Origin: Nitrosopumilus sp.
GTDB lineage: Archaea; Thermoproteota; Nitrososphaeria; Nitrososphaerales; Nitrosopumilaceae
Direction of reading: 5' to 3'
DNA: 64,000 bases
Assembly: GCA_965224195.1 (NCBI GenBank)
Contig: OZ245040.1
Span: forward strand, 224,001-288,000
In this document: positions 8,881 through 19,176 of the stretch, piece after piece
How the letters are laid out: the number at the start of each line of letters is the position of its first letter
How positions within the stretch are numbered: position 1 is the stretch's first letter
Notes under the pieces: model-generated
What the model saw: the letters and a program-made list of their open reading frames with translations, nothing else
Database searches by the model: none
What the model was told of the DNA's origin: nothing
Made by a program: the position numbers and the translations under genes

Positions 8881-10284
8881 TTGAGACTTGTAATAAAATA
8901 TGGTGGCACTTCAATTTCTGCCGCAAAAGACATCCAAGCAGTAGCTAAACATCTTAATGAATTATCAAAGAAAAATCAAATTGTTGTAGTGTGTTCTGCA
9001 ACTAGTGGAACTACAGATGATTTAATAGAAATTTCAGAATCAATAAAAAAAGAAAATAAATCTAAAGCTGAACAACTTGCATCAAAAATTACCAATAGAC
9101 ATAAACAATTAGCTAAACAAACAATCAAAAAACCTGACATAAGAAAAAAATTACTCTCAAAATTTGATGATGACTTTGATGAACTTGTTGCCTTAATTGA
9201 TGGAATGGTGTTATTGGGAGAAGTTACTCCAAGAACACTGGATTATTTATTTTCGTTTGGAGAGAGATTATCAATAAAATTAGTTTCATCAGCGATTAAT
9301 GATTCAGGAAAAAAATCAGTTTCTATTACTGGTAAAGAAGTGGGAATTGTTACTGATTCTAATTTTGGTGAATCTAAACCTCTCATTGATACAACACGAT
9401 TAAGAGTATCAAAGACTGTAGATGCTTTATTTTCAAAGAAAACAATTCCAGTTGTTGGAGGATTTGTTGGTGCTGATCAACATGGTCATGTTACTACCTT
9501 TGGTAGAGGTGGATCTGATTATTCTGCAACAATCATTGGTTCTTGTATAAAAGCAGATGAGATTTGGTTAATGAGTGATGTAGATGGTTTAATGACTGCA
9601 GATCCAAAAATTGTAAAAAATGCAAAACTACTCAAAGAAGTTTCATACATCGAGGCAATCGAAATGGCTCTATTTGGTGTAAAACAAATACATCCACGAA
9701 CCTTTGAGCCTCTACTAACAAAGAAAATCCCAATGAAGATTAGAAATTCTTTCAATATCCAAAATGAAGGGACTCTAGTAATTACATCAACTTCTTCAGC
9801 TGTAAAAAATACAGTAAAGTGCGTAAGTAATGTGCGAAATAATGGATTAATTGATGTTCAAGGTGGTAGTATGGTTGGAACTCCAGGTACTGCAGCAAAA
9901 ATATTTGCAACACTAGCAAAGGCTGGAATTAATGTAATGATGATCTCACAGAATCCATCTGAATCAAGCATTACAATTGTGGTAAAAAATGCAGATCTCG
10001 ATAAAGCAGTTAGTGCATTAGAAATGGAATTATTAGGAAAAATTATTAAAAAATTAGATGTTACTACAAATGTTGCAATAATTGCATTAATTGGTTCAGG
10101 AATGAGGGGAACAGTTGGAGTTGCTTCCAAAGTTTTTGGTGCAATTGAGAAAAACAAAGTAAATGTATCTATGATTACTCAAGGATCATCTGAGCTTAAT
10201 CTTGCATTTGTTGTAAAAAATTCTGATACAAATACAGCCGTGCGAGCTTTACACGATGAATTTACACTAGATAAAATCAATTAA
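8881..10284 (+). CDS. lysC: Aspartate kinase with two ACT domains
   Basis: VIKYGGTS, TTFGRGGSDYSA, SDVDGLMTADP. Confidence 0.97.
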   Translation: MRLVIKYGGTSISAAKDIQAVAKHLNELSKKNQIVVVCSATSGTTDDLIEISESIKKENKSKAEQLASKITNRHKQLAKQTIKKPDIRKKLLSKFDDDFDELVALIDGMVLLGEVTPRTLDYLFSFGERLSIKLVSSAINDSGKKSVSITGKEVGIVTDSNFGESKPLIDTTRLRVSKTVDALFSKKTIPVVGGFVGADQHGHVTTFGRGGSDYSATIIGSCIKADEIWLMSDVDGLMTADPKIVKNAKLLKEVSYIEAIEMALFGVKQIHPRTFEPLLTKKIPMKIRNSFNIQNEGTLVITSTSSAVKNTVKCVSNVRNNGLIDVQGGSMVGTPGTAAKIFATLAKAGINVMMISQNPSESSITIVVKNADLDKAVSALEMELLGKIIKKLDVTTNVAIIALIGSGMRGTVGVASKVFGAIEKNKVNVSMITQGSSELNLAFVVKNSDTNTAVRALHDEFTLDKIN

Positions 10285-10321
10285 GACAAATCATTTAAGG
10301 GAATAATTTCAAGATTATTTA

Positions 10322-11785
10322 TTGAATAAACTTCAATCTTTGTTAATTATTGGAATTATTTCTATTGGTATTATTTTTGTATCTTCATCAACTGATCAAT
10401 TCGTTGATGCTGGTTCTAGAAAAAAAATTCATTTTACTGAAACTATAACATCATCTCAAGATCCGGGTCAAGGACATGAAAATCATCAACTAGCATTGAT
10501 TTTATCTCCTAATGAGGGAACAATCTATGACGGCTCTATGACATTTACCTCAAGTGATCCTGTGCAGATTGTAGTTTTACATGAAATTAGTTCTCAGGAA
10601 TCAAAAGGCCAACCTACATGGACAGTTGATGGAAAAACAATTTATGGTTTATCATTGATTGATTTGCAGAAAAATTCAGGCTCATTTGAGTTCACGGGAG
10701 CAGCTCTTGCATTACATTCATCAAATTCTAAAAAATTCACAACTACTGTTAGTCTAGACGGATGGATTAGAGGACAACCTACTGAAGTAATAATGCAAAA
10801 AATTGAGTTTGAAAAAGATGAATCATTATATTTACTTTCAAGAACAAATGTACCTGCTACAATTCCAATGCACAAAGGAATCTATGAAGGAAATCAAATT
10901 CGTTATATCATAACTGATGGTAGCGATAAAAATTATGCAAAAGATATTTCAGATAAACAAGAATGGAATATAGAATTTGCACCAGTTCTTGCAGATGTTC
11001 CAGATAATATACTTCAAAAATTATATGTTTTCAAAAATGGAGTGAAAGGTGATGGAATTTATGGATTCCAAAATGAAGTATTTTCTAGTACTCCATTACA
11101 AAAATCGGAATATAGTGCACTAAATTCTATTATTGAAGTTACTTGGAAAGTTGGTCAAAAAGAAATCGAATTTGAATCTGCAATTGATGTAATTACAGCT
11201 GAAGAAAGTGGTAGAATTGAATTTAATGAAACAGGAATTGTATTGAATACCCCACAAATTACTTGGCCTGATGGACAAATGAAAGTTCGTTCTGACAAAG
11301 AAATTTCTGATGAAATGTCTTACAGTGATGGTCAAATTACTGAAATTAATGAAGAGGAAATGACTGTAACTTTTGTAGCTCATAGAGGTTGGGGACCTGA
11401 TGGGAGGACTATTTACTATATTGTTACTGATGCGACACCATCAGGACCTGCTGAAACAATGGGAATTACCTCTTCTTCAAGTTCAGCAAATCTAATTGCT
11501 CATTCAGGTGCTGTAGATCTCTTCCAATTCAAAAATGGAATTATTGGTTCTGGTCCATTAGGATTTCAAGCAGGTATTGCTGGAGCCACACTTGGAGATG
11601 CAAATTACAGTCCTATGTGGAGAATCTATCTGGTTGAATGGAACGATGCAAAATCTGCAAAAATTCTAGAAACAAGGTCTGATATTGACTCATTTAGTGA
11701 AGAGAATAAACTTTTAGTTAGTATTGCCAGACCAACTAACAGTGATCATATAGTAAACTGTCCATTCATTGATCCGTTCCAGTAG
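10322..11785 (+). CDS. Exported hypothetical protein with tandemly duplicated domain
   Basis: Signal-like N-terminus; two repeats YIITD..FKNG..GFQ..YS..W..VLNTP and YIVTD..FKNG..GFQ..YSPMW..VNCP. Confidence 0.8.
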   Translation: MNKLQSLLIIGIISIGIIFVSSSTDQFVDAGSRKKIHFTETITSSQDPGQGHENHQLALILSPNEGTIYDGSMTFTSSDPVQIVVLHEISSQESKGQPTWTVDGKTIYGLSLIDLQKNSGSFEFTGAALALHSSNSKKFTTTVSLDGWIRGQPTEVIMQKIEFEKDESLYLLSRTNVPATIPMHKGIYEGNQIRYIITDGSDKNYAKDISDKQEWNIEFAPVLADVPDNILQKLYVFKNGVKGDGIYGFQNEVFSSTPLQKSEYSALNSIIEVTWKVGQKEIEFESAIDVITAEESGRIEFNETGIVLNTPQITWPDGQMKVRSDKEISDEMSYSDGQITEINEEEMTVTFVAHRGWGPDGRTIYYIVTDATPSGPAETMGITSSSSSANLIAHSGAVDLFQFKNGIIGSGPLGFQAGIAGATLGDANYSPMWRIYLVEWNDAKSAKILETRSDIDSFSEENKLLVSIARPTNSDHIVNCPFIDPFQ

Positions 11786-11830
11786 TTCCACTAAACGGAT
11801 AAATTACTTGACAAAAAATTTCTTTTAAAA

Positions 11831-12625
11831 TTGACTGGTAAACTCTACATTGTTGGTGTCGGACCTGGCCATCATGATCATATGACATTTCGAGCAAAAG
11901 AAGTGATTGGCGCGAGTGACACAATTGTTGGATATGAAACTTATGTAAATTTAGTACAAGATCTTATTGAAGGAAAAACTGTTCATCGTTATGCAATGAC
12001 ACAAGAAGTAGAAAGAGCTCATCAATGTATTGATCTTGCAAAATCTGGAAAAATTGTTTCACTTGTATCAAGTGGTGATCCAGGAATTTATGGAATGGCA
12101 GGATTGATCTATGAAGCACTTGCTGAATCTGGTTGGAATCCAAAAGATGATCTTCAAGTGGAAATTATTCCTGGTGTATCTGCACTTAATTCATGTGCAT
12201 CACTAATTGGTTCACCTCTAATGACTGATTTTGCAGTTGTAAGTATGAGTGATCTGCTAGTTCCATGGGAAGTTATTTCAAAAAGAGTTGAAGCAGCTGC
12301 TCAAGGTGATTTTGTAATTGTAATTTATAATCCTGCTAGTCAAAAAAGAATTCATCAATTACAAGATACAAGAAAAGTTATTTTAAAATATAGAAAACCT
12401 ACTACACCTGTTGCAATTATCAAAGGTGCATTTAGAGATTCTGAAACTGTTGTAATGACAGATTTAGAGAACTTACCTAATCATTCAGATCAATTAGGCA
12501 TGATTAGTACTGTAATTATTGGAAATTCATCAACTTATACTTACAAAGATTTGATGATTAATCCAAGAGGTTACAAATCAAAATATAATTTAGAAGAACA
12601 GACAAATCCTAATCTCAAAGTCTAG
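11831..12625 (+). CDS. cobJ: Precorrin-3B C17-methyltransferase
   Basis: LYIVGVGPG, VSSGDPGIYGMAG, SMSDLLVPW, INPRGY. Confidence 0.95.
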   Translation: MTGKLYIVGVGPGHHDHMTFRAKEVIGASDTIVGYETYVNLVQDLIEGKTVHRYAMTQEVERAHQCIDLAKSGKIVSLVSSGDPGIYGMAGLIYEALAESGWNPKDDLQVEIIPGVSALNSCASLIGSPLMTDFAVVSMSDLLVPWEVISKRVEAAAQGDFVIVIYNPASQKRIHQLQDTRKVILKYRKPTTPVAIIKGAFRDSETVVMTDLENLPNHSDQLGMISTVIIGNSSTYTYKDLMINPRGYKSKYNLEEQTNPNLKV

Positions 12626-13668
12626 AAACTTTTCTTAATTGTATCATTCAATTCTTCACTAAGATTCAATTTATCTCTAATTGGAGAAACTACTTTAACT
12701 AAATAATTCCCTACTGTTTGTTTCAAATCTCCAGGATGTAATTTTTTTTCTACAAAATCTTTTTTCAATTGATTGTAATTAGTATATGATACATTTCCAC
12801 CAAATTTTTCAGGTCTCTCTACTTTCATTTCCTTGTATTCATGAAAGATTATAGATTTTGAAATTTCTAATAGTGGATTATTTTCAATATTTGCTTCTTT
12901 ACACCATGCTTTGTTTATTTTCTTCCTTATTTCATCATCAGAATTATGAATAAACACTCCTGAATTTGGATCTGATTTATTCATTTTACCTACAATTTTG
13001 TTATTGCTTGAATCTGCAGGCTTTGAAAGTCCTGGTAATAATTTGTGATGAACAGCAACAGGTACTTTCCATTTCATTTTTGGAAATATTTCTCTAACTA
13101 ACATGTGGATTTTTCTTTGATCCATTCCGGCATGAGCAATATCTACATCTAAAGAATGAATATCAACTGCTTGCATTGCAGGATAAAGTAATTTTGCTAC
13201 ATCAATTTTGTTATCGTTTTCTGATCTACCCATGATAGTCAAAGTTCTCATTGTTCTTGCAATTGACATATGTTTTGTAAATTTTACAAGCTCAGACCAA
13301 TATTCTGTTTTTTCTTCATATAGTTTAGATCCTAAAATTATTTCTGCATCAGGACATACTAATTTGAAAGCATCTTGATAATATTTTGAAACTTTTGCAA
13401 TTGTTTCCCAATCTCCACCTAGTTTGTCATTTATCAGAGTATGCCAATCAGCTAAAAAAATCTTACATTTTACCCCAGCTTTTACAAAATCATTAATTTT
13501 GAAACCTGTACTAATCAAACTGCCAAGATGCAAGAAACCGGAAATTTCTAAACCAATGTAATGGTTTGGAGATGAATTAGTTTTGAATAATTCAATTAAT
13601 TCTTCTTGTGTTACTATTTCCTCAGTTGGTGGTCTTTGAATCAAATCTACTTTTTCTGTAATATCCAA
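12622..13668 (-). CDS. tyrS: Tyrosyl-tRNA synthetase (archaeal type)
   Basis: YIGLEISGFLHLG, LYPAMQAVD, GMDQRKIH, KMNKS, LHPGDLK; start moved to TTG at 13668. Confidence 0.96.
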   Translation of the reverse strand: MDITEKVDLIQRPPTEEIVTQEELIELFKTNSSPNHYIGLEISGFLHLGSLISTGFKINDFVKAGVKCKIFLADWHTLINDKLGGDWETIAKVSKYYQDAFKLVCPDAEIILGSKLYEEKTEYWSELVKFTKHMSIARTMRTLTIMGRSENDNKIDVAKLLYPAMQAVDIHSLDVDIAHAGMDQRKIHMLVREIFPKMKWKVPVAVHHKLLPGLSKPADSSNNKIVGKMNKSDPNSGVFIHNSDDEIRKKINKAWCKEANIENNPLLEISKSIIFHEYKEMKVERPEKFGGNVSYTNYNQLKKDFVEKKLHPGDLKQTVGNYLVKVVSPIRDKLNLSEELNDTIKKSF

Positions 13669-13756
13669 ATCAAAACAGCTTTTGAGAAGTAAACGTATAA
13701 AGTTATTCAAAATTCTAGTTTGAATTTAGAAGGTTTGAATAGAAGATATTTTCATA

Positions 13757-13972
13757 TTGTTTATGACTCTTGAAGAAGGTTTAGAGTTAATTTCAAATTA
13801 TAAAAAAGCCCTTGAAAAATTTCTTGAAACATTACCAGAACAATCAGTTCAATTAGGCTCAGAAATGATCAATACTTTATCGATGAATTCTAAAAATGAA
13901 ATTAAAAATTTAGATGCAATTGAAAAAGCTTTGAAACGACAGCCAAATTATAAATCTGGATTATCTGAATAA
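13757..13972 (+). CDS. Small helical hypothetical protein
   Basis: 71-aa ORF in intergenic gap. Confidence 0.7.
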   Translation: MFMTLEEGLELISNYKKALEKFLETLPEQSVQLGSEMINTLSMNSKNEIKNLDAIEKALKRQPNYKSGLSE

Positions 13973-13974
13973 TT

Positions 13975-14178
13975 CTATTTACAGTTCTTCTTATGTTTTC
14001 TTAGATCATCTGAAGAATCAAATTCAGTTCCACAAGCTCTACATTTTTCTTTTTTCTTATTGTGTGCTTTTTCTTGATGTTTCTTTAATCTATCAGAGTC
14101 TGAAAGGACTGTGCCACATTTTTTACATTTTAATTCATTTTTGTTAGAACTAAATAATCCCATGCCCAAATTAGTCAT
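13975..14178 (-). CDS. C2H2 zinc-finger protein
   Basis: CKKC...H...H and CRAC...H...C. Confidence 0.85.
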   Translation of the reverse strand: MTNLGMGLFSSNKNELKCKKCGTVLSDSDRLKKHQEKAHNKKKEKCRACGTEFDSSDDLRKHKKNCK

Positions 14179-14226
14179 TCATAGTTGATATAGTTTTTTT
14201 TACAAACTTTTTCTATAAAGAAAAAT

Positions 14227-14817
14227 TTATTTAATTTCTGATTCATCTAGACTTTTTCTAGGTTTTACACTGAGATAAAATCCATGTGCAGTAATGATAA
14301 ATGATGCAAGAAATACTTTGGTTGCAAATACTAAATTCCATGGTCTGTCTGCATCTGGATAAGCAACTGATAATTTATCAATGTCTGGAACCATTCCATT
14401 GATAACACCTGCAGTCATTTGTGCATTTAATACGGTAAAATTGTATAATACTTCATAGAGAGCAATTATTGAAAATCCTAACAACATTAATTGAAGTAAT
14501 GCCATTTTTGTACCAACGATTTTATCGCCAGCAGTTCTTCTCCACCCAATTCTTGTAACACAATACCATCCAATTATTGTAGAGAAAAATATCCAAGTAG
14601 TTACTCTTGCAAAATTTTCAAATGGTATAGTTGTATTGTGAATTGCTTCTCCCATAACATATGTTCCATTTTCCATCCATTCTATCATGGTAACATATAC
14701 TCCAAAAACTAATGATGATGTCATAATGAATCCACAAATATAGAAAATGTACAGATAGACTTTGTAGCCTGAATCTGATTTTTCAAGATGACGTGGCTTC
14801 ATGATGCCGTTTGCCAA
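14227..14817 (-). CDS. Membrane protein (about 4 TM)
   Basis: Four hydrophobic segments. Confidence 0.8.
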   Translation of the reverse strand: MANGIMKPRHLEKSDSGYKVYLYIFYICGFIMTSSLVFGVYVTMIEWMENGTYVMGEAIHNTTIPFENFARVTTWIFFSTIIGWYCVTRIGWRRTAGDKIVGTKMALLQLMLLGFSIIALYEVLYNFTVLNAQMTAGVINGMVPDIDKLSVAYPDADRPWNLVFATKVFLASFIITAHGFYLSVKPRKSLDESEIK

Positions 14818-14881
14818 ATTTTGAAATATAAAAATTCATGTTTTTTTGCTGAGATTTATAGACTAGTTATAAACAGGAATA

Positions 14882-15967
14882 TTGTTGAAAATTGCAATTA
14901 ACATTCCTATTGTAGGCAAAGAAGAGATAGATGTAGTCACGTCAATTCTTAAAAATGGAGCTTTAACATCTGCTGCAAATTTAGGCGGAAAACACGTTCA
15001 GGAATTTGAAAAATCTGTTGCATCGTTTGTAAAATCAAAATACGTCATTGCAGTAAATTCTGGTACTGCAGCATTACAGGCATCACTTTACGCATTAGAT
15101 ATCAAAAAAGGAGGTGAAGTTTTACTTCCGTCATTTACATTTGTAGCAACTGCAAATGCAGTTGTTGCAACTGGAGCAAAACCAGTTTTTGTTGATATTT
15201 TAAAAGAAAATTATACTATAGATCCTGATGATTTAGAAAAAAAAATTACCAAAAGAACTAGAGCAATAATTCCAGTTCATCTATATGGAAATGTAGCATA
15301 TATTGAAAGACTTTCTGAAATATCTAAAAAACATAATATTCCTATCGTAGAAGATTCTGCACAATCTTTAGGTTCTACTTACAAAGGAAAACAAACTGGA
15401 ACTTTCTTTGAAATGGGATGTTACAGTATGTATCCTGCAAAAGTAATGACTGCTGGTGAAGGAGGTTTTATTGTAACTAATAATAAAAATCTTAGAGATA
15501 AACTGTTAATGATTAGAAATCATGGAATGGTTCATGGATATGACACTAGAATGTTTGGTCTAAATTTACGATTGCCAGAAATAAATGCAGCAATTGCAAC
15601 TGTACAAATGAAAAAACTTCCTAAATTTTTAAAATCTAGAAAAAATAATGCTATACTCTTATCAAAATTAATTTCAGATCTCAATATTGTTTTACCAAAA
15701 GAAAGAAAAAATGAAAATGTAAATTGGTATCTATATACAATTTCAACCGATAAACGTAACAAGCTTTTGAAAAAATTAAACGATAAGGGGATAGGTGCAG
15801 CTTCTTACTATCCTACACCTGTTCACAGAACTCCATTTTACAAACTAAAAACAAAACTCCCTGTCACTGATTGGACATCTTCACATGTACTCTCTTTACC
15901 GGTTCATCCAAATGTAACTCAAAAAAATATTGAATTTATTGCTAAAACAATGCGTGAAATGTTGTGA
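14882..15967 (+). CDS. DegT/DnrJ/EryC1/StrS sugar aminotransferase
   Basis: NSGTAAL, IPVHLYG, VEDSAQSLG, SMYPAKVMTAGEGG. Confidence 0.95.
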   Translation: MLKIAINIPIVGKEEIDVVTSILKNGALTSAANLGGKHVQEFEKSVASFVKSKYVIAVNSGTAALQASLYALDIKKGGEVLLPSFTFVATANAVVATGAKPVFVDILKENYTIDPDDLEKKITKRTRAIIPVHLYGNVAYIERLSEISKKHNIPIVEDSAQSLGSTYKGKQTGTFFEMGCYSMYPAKVMTAGEGGFIVTNNKNLRDKLLMIRNHGMVHGYDTRMFGLNLRLPEINAAIATVQMKKLPKFLKSRKNNAILLSKLISDLNIVLPKERKNENVNWYLYTISTDKRNKLLKKLNDKGIGAASYYPTPVHRTPFYKLKTKLPVTDWTSSHVLSLPVHPNVTQKNIEFIAKTMREML

Positions 15968-16440
15968 ATGCAATAGGTGAGGCTATTGGTGAACTTTGCA
16001 AAGTTATTTTGCCTATCAATGAAGAATTTTACCTTGGAAATTCTGATTCTAAAATAGCAATCTGTACACTTTCAAGCATAGATTTACTCAAAAATATTGC
16101 AAATTCTGAAATTTTAAACAAAATATCAATTGCAGGACGATTACTTTCTGAAAATAAAGGAATTGATTCTATTATCAAATATGTGAATAAACATCCTAAA
16201 GTCAATACCATAATAGTTTGTGGTAAAGAGGTTTGGGGACATAAATCAGGTCATTCATTATTTCAACTTCACAAAAATGGAATTGATCAAAATAATAGAA
16301 TAATTAATTCAACTAGTCCAGATCCATTCCTTACTGTGTCAAAATCAGAAATAAAATATTTTCAAGAGAATGTTAAACTCGTAGATTTAATTAATCTAAC
16401 TAAAATTGAATTAATTTTGAAAAATTCTAGAATTTTTTAA
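15964..16440 (+). CDS. MtrA-like (H4MPT S-methyltransferase subunit A domain) protein
   Basis: IAICTLSS, ENKGID, IVCGKEVWGHKSG, RIINSTSPDPFL resemble MtrA. Confidence 0.8.
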   Translation: MNAIGEAIGELCKVILPINEEFYLGNSDSKIAICTLSSIDLLKNIANSEILNKISIAGRLLSENKGIDSIIKYVNKHPKVNTIIVCGKEVWGHKSGHSLFQLHKNGIDQNNRIINSTSPDPFLTVSKSEIKYFQENVKLVDLINLTKIELILKNSRIF

Positions 16441-16778
16441 TAACCTGTTCTTTGTCTTTCACGATTAATTTCATTCTTCTTTTTGTAGTCATCTAAAATA
16501 TCATCAGGTGTAAGTTTTAGTTCTAGAGACGCTTGTACAACAAAATGCCAAATATCGATTAATTCCTCTCTTGCTTCTACTTCATTAAATTCGACAGGAG
16601 TTTTCCACCATTTCCAGTTTGTTGTTCTTTGTAGTTCTACAGCCTCATGCATTATAGCAGTACATAAAGCAGAAACTCTTCCTTCAGAATCTTTTGGATA
16701 TCTATCCAGATTCATCATATCTGATAGCCCTTTTTGAAGTTTGAATATTGTCTCTAGTCGATCTTTTTCTTCTGACAA
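16437..16778 (-). CDS. All-alpha dimeric dUTPase/MazG-like NTP pyrophosphatase
   Basis: HEAVEL, WKWWK, EELIDIWHF, KKNEINRERQ. Confidence 0.88.
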   Translation of the reverse strand: MSEEKDRLETIFKLQKGLSDMMNLDRYPKDSEGRVSALCTAIMHEAVELQRTTNWKWWKTPVEFNEVEAREELIDIWHFVVQASLELKLTPDDILDDYKKKNEINRERQRTGY

Positions 16779-16817
16779 TGATAAATTAATTTGAGAAATA
16801 ATTGAACTTAAGTCTTT

Positions 16818-17711
16818 TTAAAAATGAATCATTTTTTCATATGTCTTGATACGTTTTGCAATATCACCATTTTTTATTTTTAATAATCCATCAAGACCAT
16901 ATTTTTCTACAGCAAATGATCCTAATACATTTCCATAAACAACTGCTTTTTTGATATCAGATATTTTTGTAGATTTTTTATTTGCTAGATATCCTATCAT
17001 TGCACCTGCAAATGAATCTCCTGCACCTGTAGGATCTACAACATTTTCTAGAGAGAATCCTGCAGTTGGGAAAATTACATCATCATAAAACATCAAAGAA
17101 CCATGTTCACCTTTCTTAATTATTACATATTTTGCTCCCCATTGCATCATTTTCTTTGCACATTTTATCAAGTTGAATTCTTTTGTTAGGAGTTTAGCTT
17201 CTTCATCATTAATTACAACAGCATCTACAGCTTTTATCATTTTAATTACTGCATCCCGTTTTGTAGAAATCCAAAAATCTATGGTGTCACACATCGAAAA
17301 TTTAACATTATCAAATTCTTTGATTAGAGAAGTATTTTGTTCTGGATCATTATTTGCAAGATACACAAACTGTGATTTTTTATATGCATCAGGTACAGTT
17401 GCTTTAAAATCAGCTAGAACATTTAATTCTGTTTTCAATGTTGATCTTGTACTAAGGGTACTATCATATTTTCCATTATAGCGAAATGTTTTTCCATTTT
17501 TGATAGTTAATCCTTGTAAATCAAGATATTTTGATAAAACTTTATGATGTTTTTTAGGAAAATCTTTTCCAACTACTGCAATTAATCCTGTATCTACAAA
17601 ATTACTGGCAGAAATTGCTGCAAATGTAGCTGCCCCCCCTAAAACATTTTTTAATGTTTTTTTTGGCGTTCTAATAGTATCTAATGCTGTAGAACCAAAA
17701 ACAGTAAGCAT
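16818..17711 (-). CDS. PfkB family carbohydrate kinase
   Basis: GGAATFAA, IKKGEHG, VDPTGAGDSF. Confidence 0.95.
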   Translation of the reverse strand: MLTVFGSTALDTIRTPKKTLKNVLGGAATFAAISASNFVDTGLIAVVGKDFPKKHHKVLSKYLDLQGLTIKNGKTFRYNGKYDSTLSTRSTLKTELNVLADFKATVPDAYKKSQFVYLANNDPEQNTSLIKEFDNVKFSMCDTIDFWISTKRDAVIKMIKAVDAVVINDEEAKLLTKEFNLIKCAKKMMQWGAKYVIIKKGEHGSLMFYDDVIFPTAGFSLENVVDPTGAGDSFAGAMIGYLANKKSTKISDIKKAVVYGNVLGSFAVEKYGLDGLLKIKNGDIAKRIKTYEKMIHF

Positions 17712-17722
17712 TTGATAAGAAA

Positions 17723-18172
17723 TTAATTTTGATGTATAAATTCTCTTGCTTGTTCTTCTGTTGGATAGTATACAAATGGAACATCTATTGATGTAACTAA
17801 TAGATCATATTTTGTTACTCCTGAAATCTTCACTGAATGTGATTCATCTGAGTTAACATCTGTATGAAATGTACCCCTTACAAAACTACTATCTAATGGT
17901 TGTAAAGTAAATGATTCAAGATCACCTTTTCCTATAATTTCATCATTTGAAATTACAAAAAATTCTGTTTCCCCTGCGGTTAATACCAATAATGAAGGAT
18001 TTTCAAATTGTAACTCAACATTATAGTTTGAACCTTTTTCATTTTCATTTAATAATTCACTTTGACTAATGCTTACTCCAATTTGTGAAGCAGATGCATA
18101 TTGCGAATATCCAAAAATACTCATACCTAATACAAACAGAACAACTATGCCTGCTTTCTTAGAAGCTTTCAT
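17723..18172 (-). CDS. Membrane-anchored LEA_2/WHy-like protein
   Basis: N-terminal TM; ELQFENPS motif. Confidence 0.65.
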   Translation of the reverse strand: MKASKKAGIVVLFVLGMSIFGYSQYASASQIGVSISQSELLNENEKGSNYNVELQFENPSLLVLTAGETEFFVISNDEIIGKGDLESFTLQPLDSSFVRGTFHTDVNSDESHSVKISGVTKYDLLVTSIDVPFVYYPTEEQAREFIHQN

Positions 18173-18293
18173 GACTAGTTTTTGTAAATTTACATTTAAC
18201 CTAAAGACAAAAAAATCCCAATAAATTGTGTAAAAGTTTTGATCTAATCTTAAAGCTCCTTAGAGCTACCAGAATAAATCAAAAATAGATGAT

Positions 18294-18788
18294 ATGATCA
18301 TAATGGCTAGAATTAAATTCAAACTAGGCGAAAATGAAATTGAGGTCGACTCTAGAGATTTTTATGTTGATAATCAAACATTAGGTGAAATCATTGATGA
18401 TATTTCTCAACATTTACCTGAAAATCAAGCTAAAATTGTTTATGAAACAGATGCTGCTCAATCACCAACTAAGGCAGAACATCCAGCACAGTTTGGCTTG
18501 GAATATCTAGATGATGCTGAAGCATATGAACCTGAATTTAATGAACCAAAATACATCACATCCCATGAAATTAAATCAAAACTAAGAATTTTAGAAACAA
18601 GCAAATTCTTTGATTCTCCTAGAACAGTTACTGAAACTGTACAACAACTTAGAGAATATGGATGGGCAGCTAGTCCATTAGATGTTTCAAAAGCTTTAGC
18701 TAAAATGGCTTCTAACAAAGAAATAATGAAAAATTCTGAAGAAAATCGTACACATTATTTTGTTCAAGAAGCCTTAGTAGCTAACTAG
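18294..18788 (+). CDS. Hypothetical protein with C-terminal winged-helix-like segment
   Basis: FFDSPRTVTETVQQLREYGW...VSKALAKM. Confidence 0.7.
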   Translation: MIIMARIKFKLGENEIEVDSRDFYVDNQTLGEIIDDISQHLPENQAKIVYETDAAQSPTKAEHPAQFGLEYLDDAEAYEPEFNEPKYITSHEIKSKLRILETSKFFDSPRTVTETVQQLREYGWAASPLDVSKALAKMASNKEIMKNSEENRTHYFVQEALVAN

Positions 18789-18972
18789 AAAGATATTTAC
18801 ATTTTTTACAGTGTGAAAAAATTTCTCCATCTAAGTGATCAAAGTGTGTATTACATTGCTTGCACGTATGATGCATGTCAAAATACCCATCTTTTTCAAC
18901 TCCTCCAATTTTATTTGCTTCTAAATCTGTACTTTTGCACTTTATGCAATGACATCCACATTCAATTTTCAT
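18781..18972 (-). CDS. Small Cys/His-rich metal-binding protein
   Basis: CGCHCIKC, HTCKQC, HCKKC. Confidence 0.75.
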   Translation of the reverse strand: MKIECGCHCIKCKSTDLEANKIGGVEKDGYFDMHHTCKQCNTHFDHLDGEIFSHCKKCKYLSS

Positions 18973-19020
18973 GACTATTCTCAGATAATGTATGTATAGT
19001 TGAAATGACTATACAAATCA

Positions 19021-19176
19021 TTGGAAAAGAAAAGAGAGATTCCAATCGAAATAGATGATCATTTCAAGCTTTTTGGTAAGGAACCATGGGAAGTAGATTA
19101 TGGTGAAAAATGTGTCATTTGTAATGTAAGAATTGATGAATATGGTTTTTGCTCTTGTGGTTCTAGCGGAGATTAA
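19021..19176 (+). CDS. Small Zn-ribbon protein, 51 aa (not in ORF track)
   Basis: TTG start; MEKKREIPIEIDDHFKLFGKEPWEVDYGEKCVICNVRIDEYGFCSCGSSGD. Confidence 0.7.
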   Translation: MEKKREIPIEIDDHFKLFGKEPWEVDYGEKCVICNVRIDEYGFCSCGSSGD

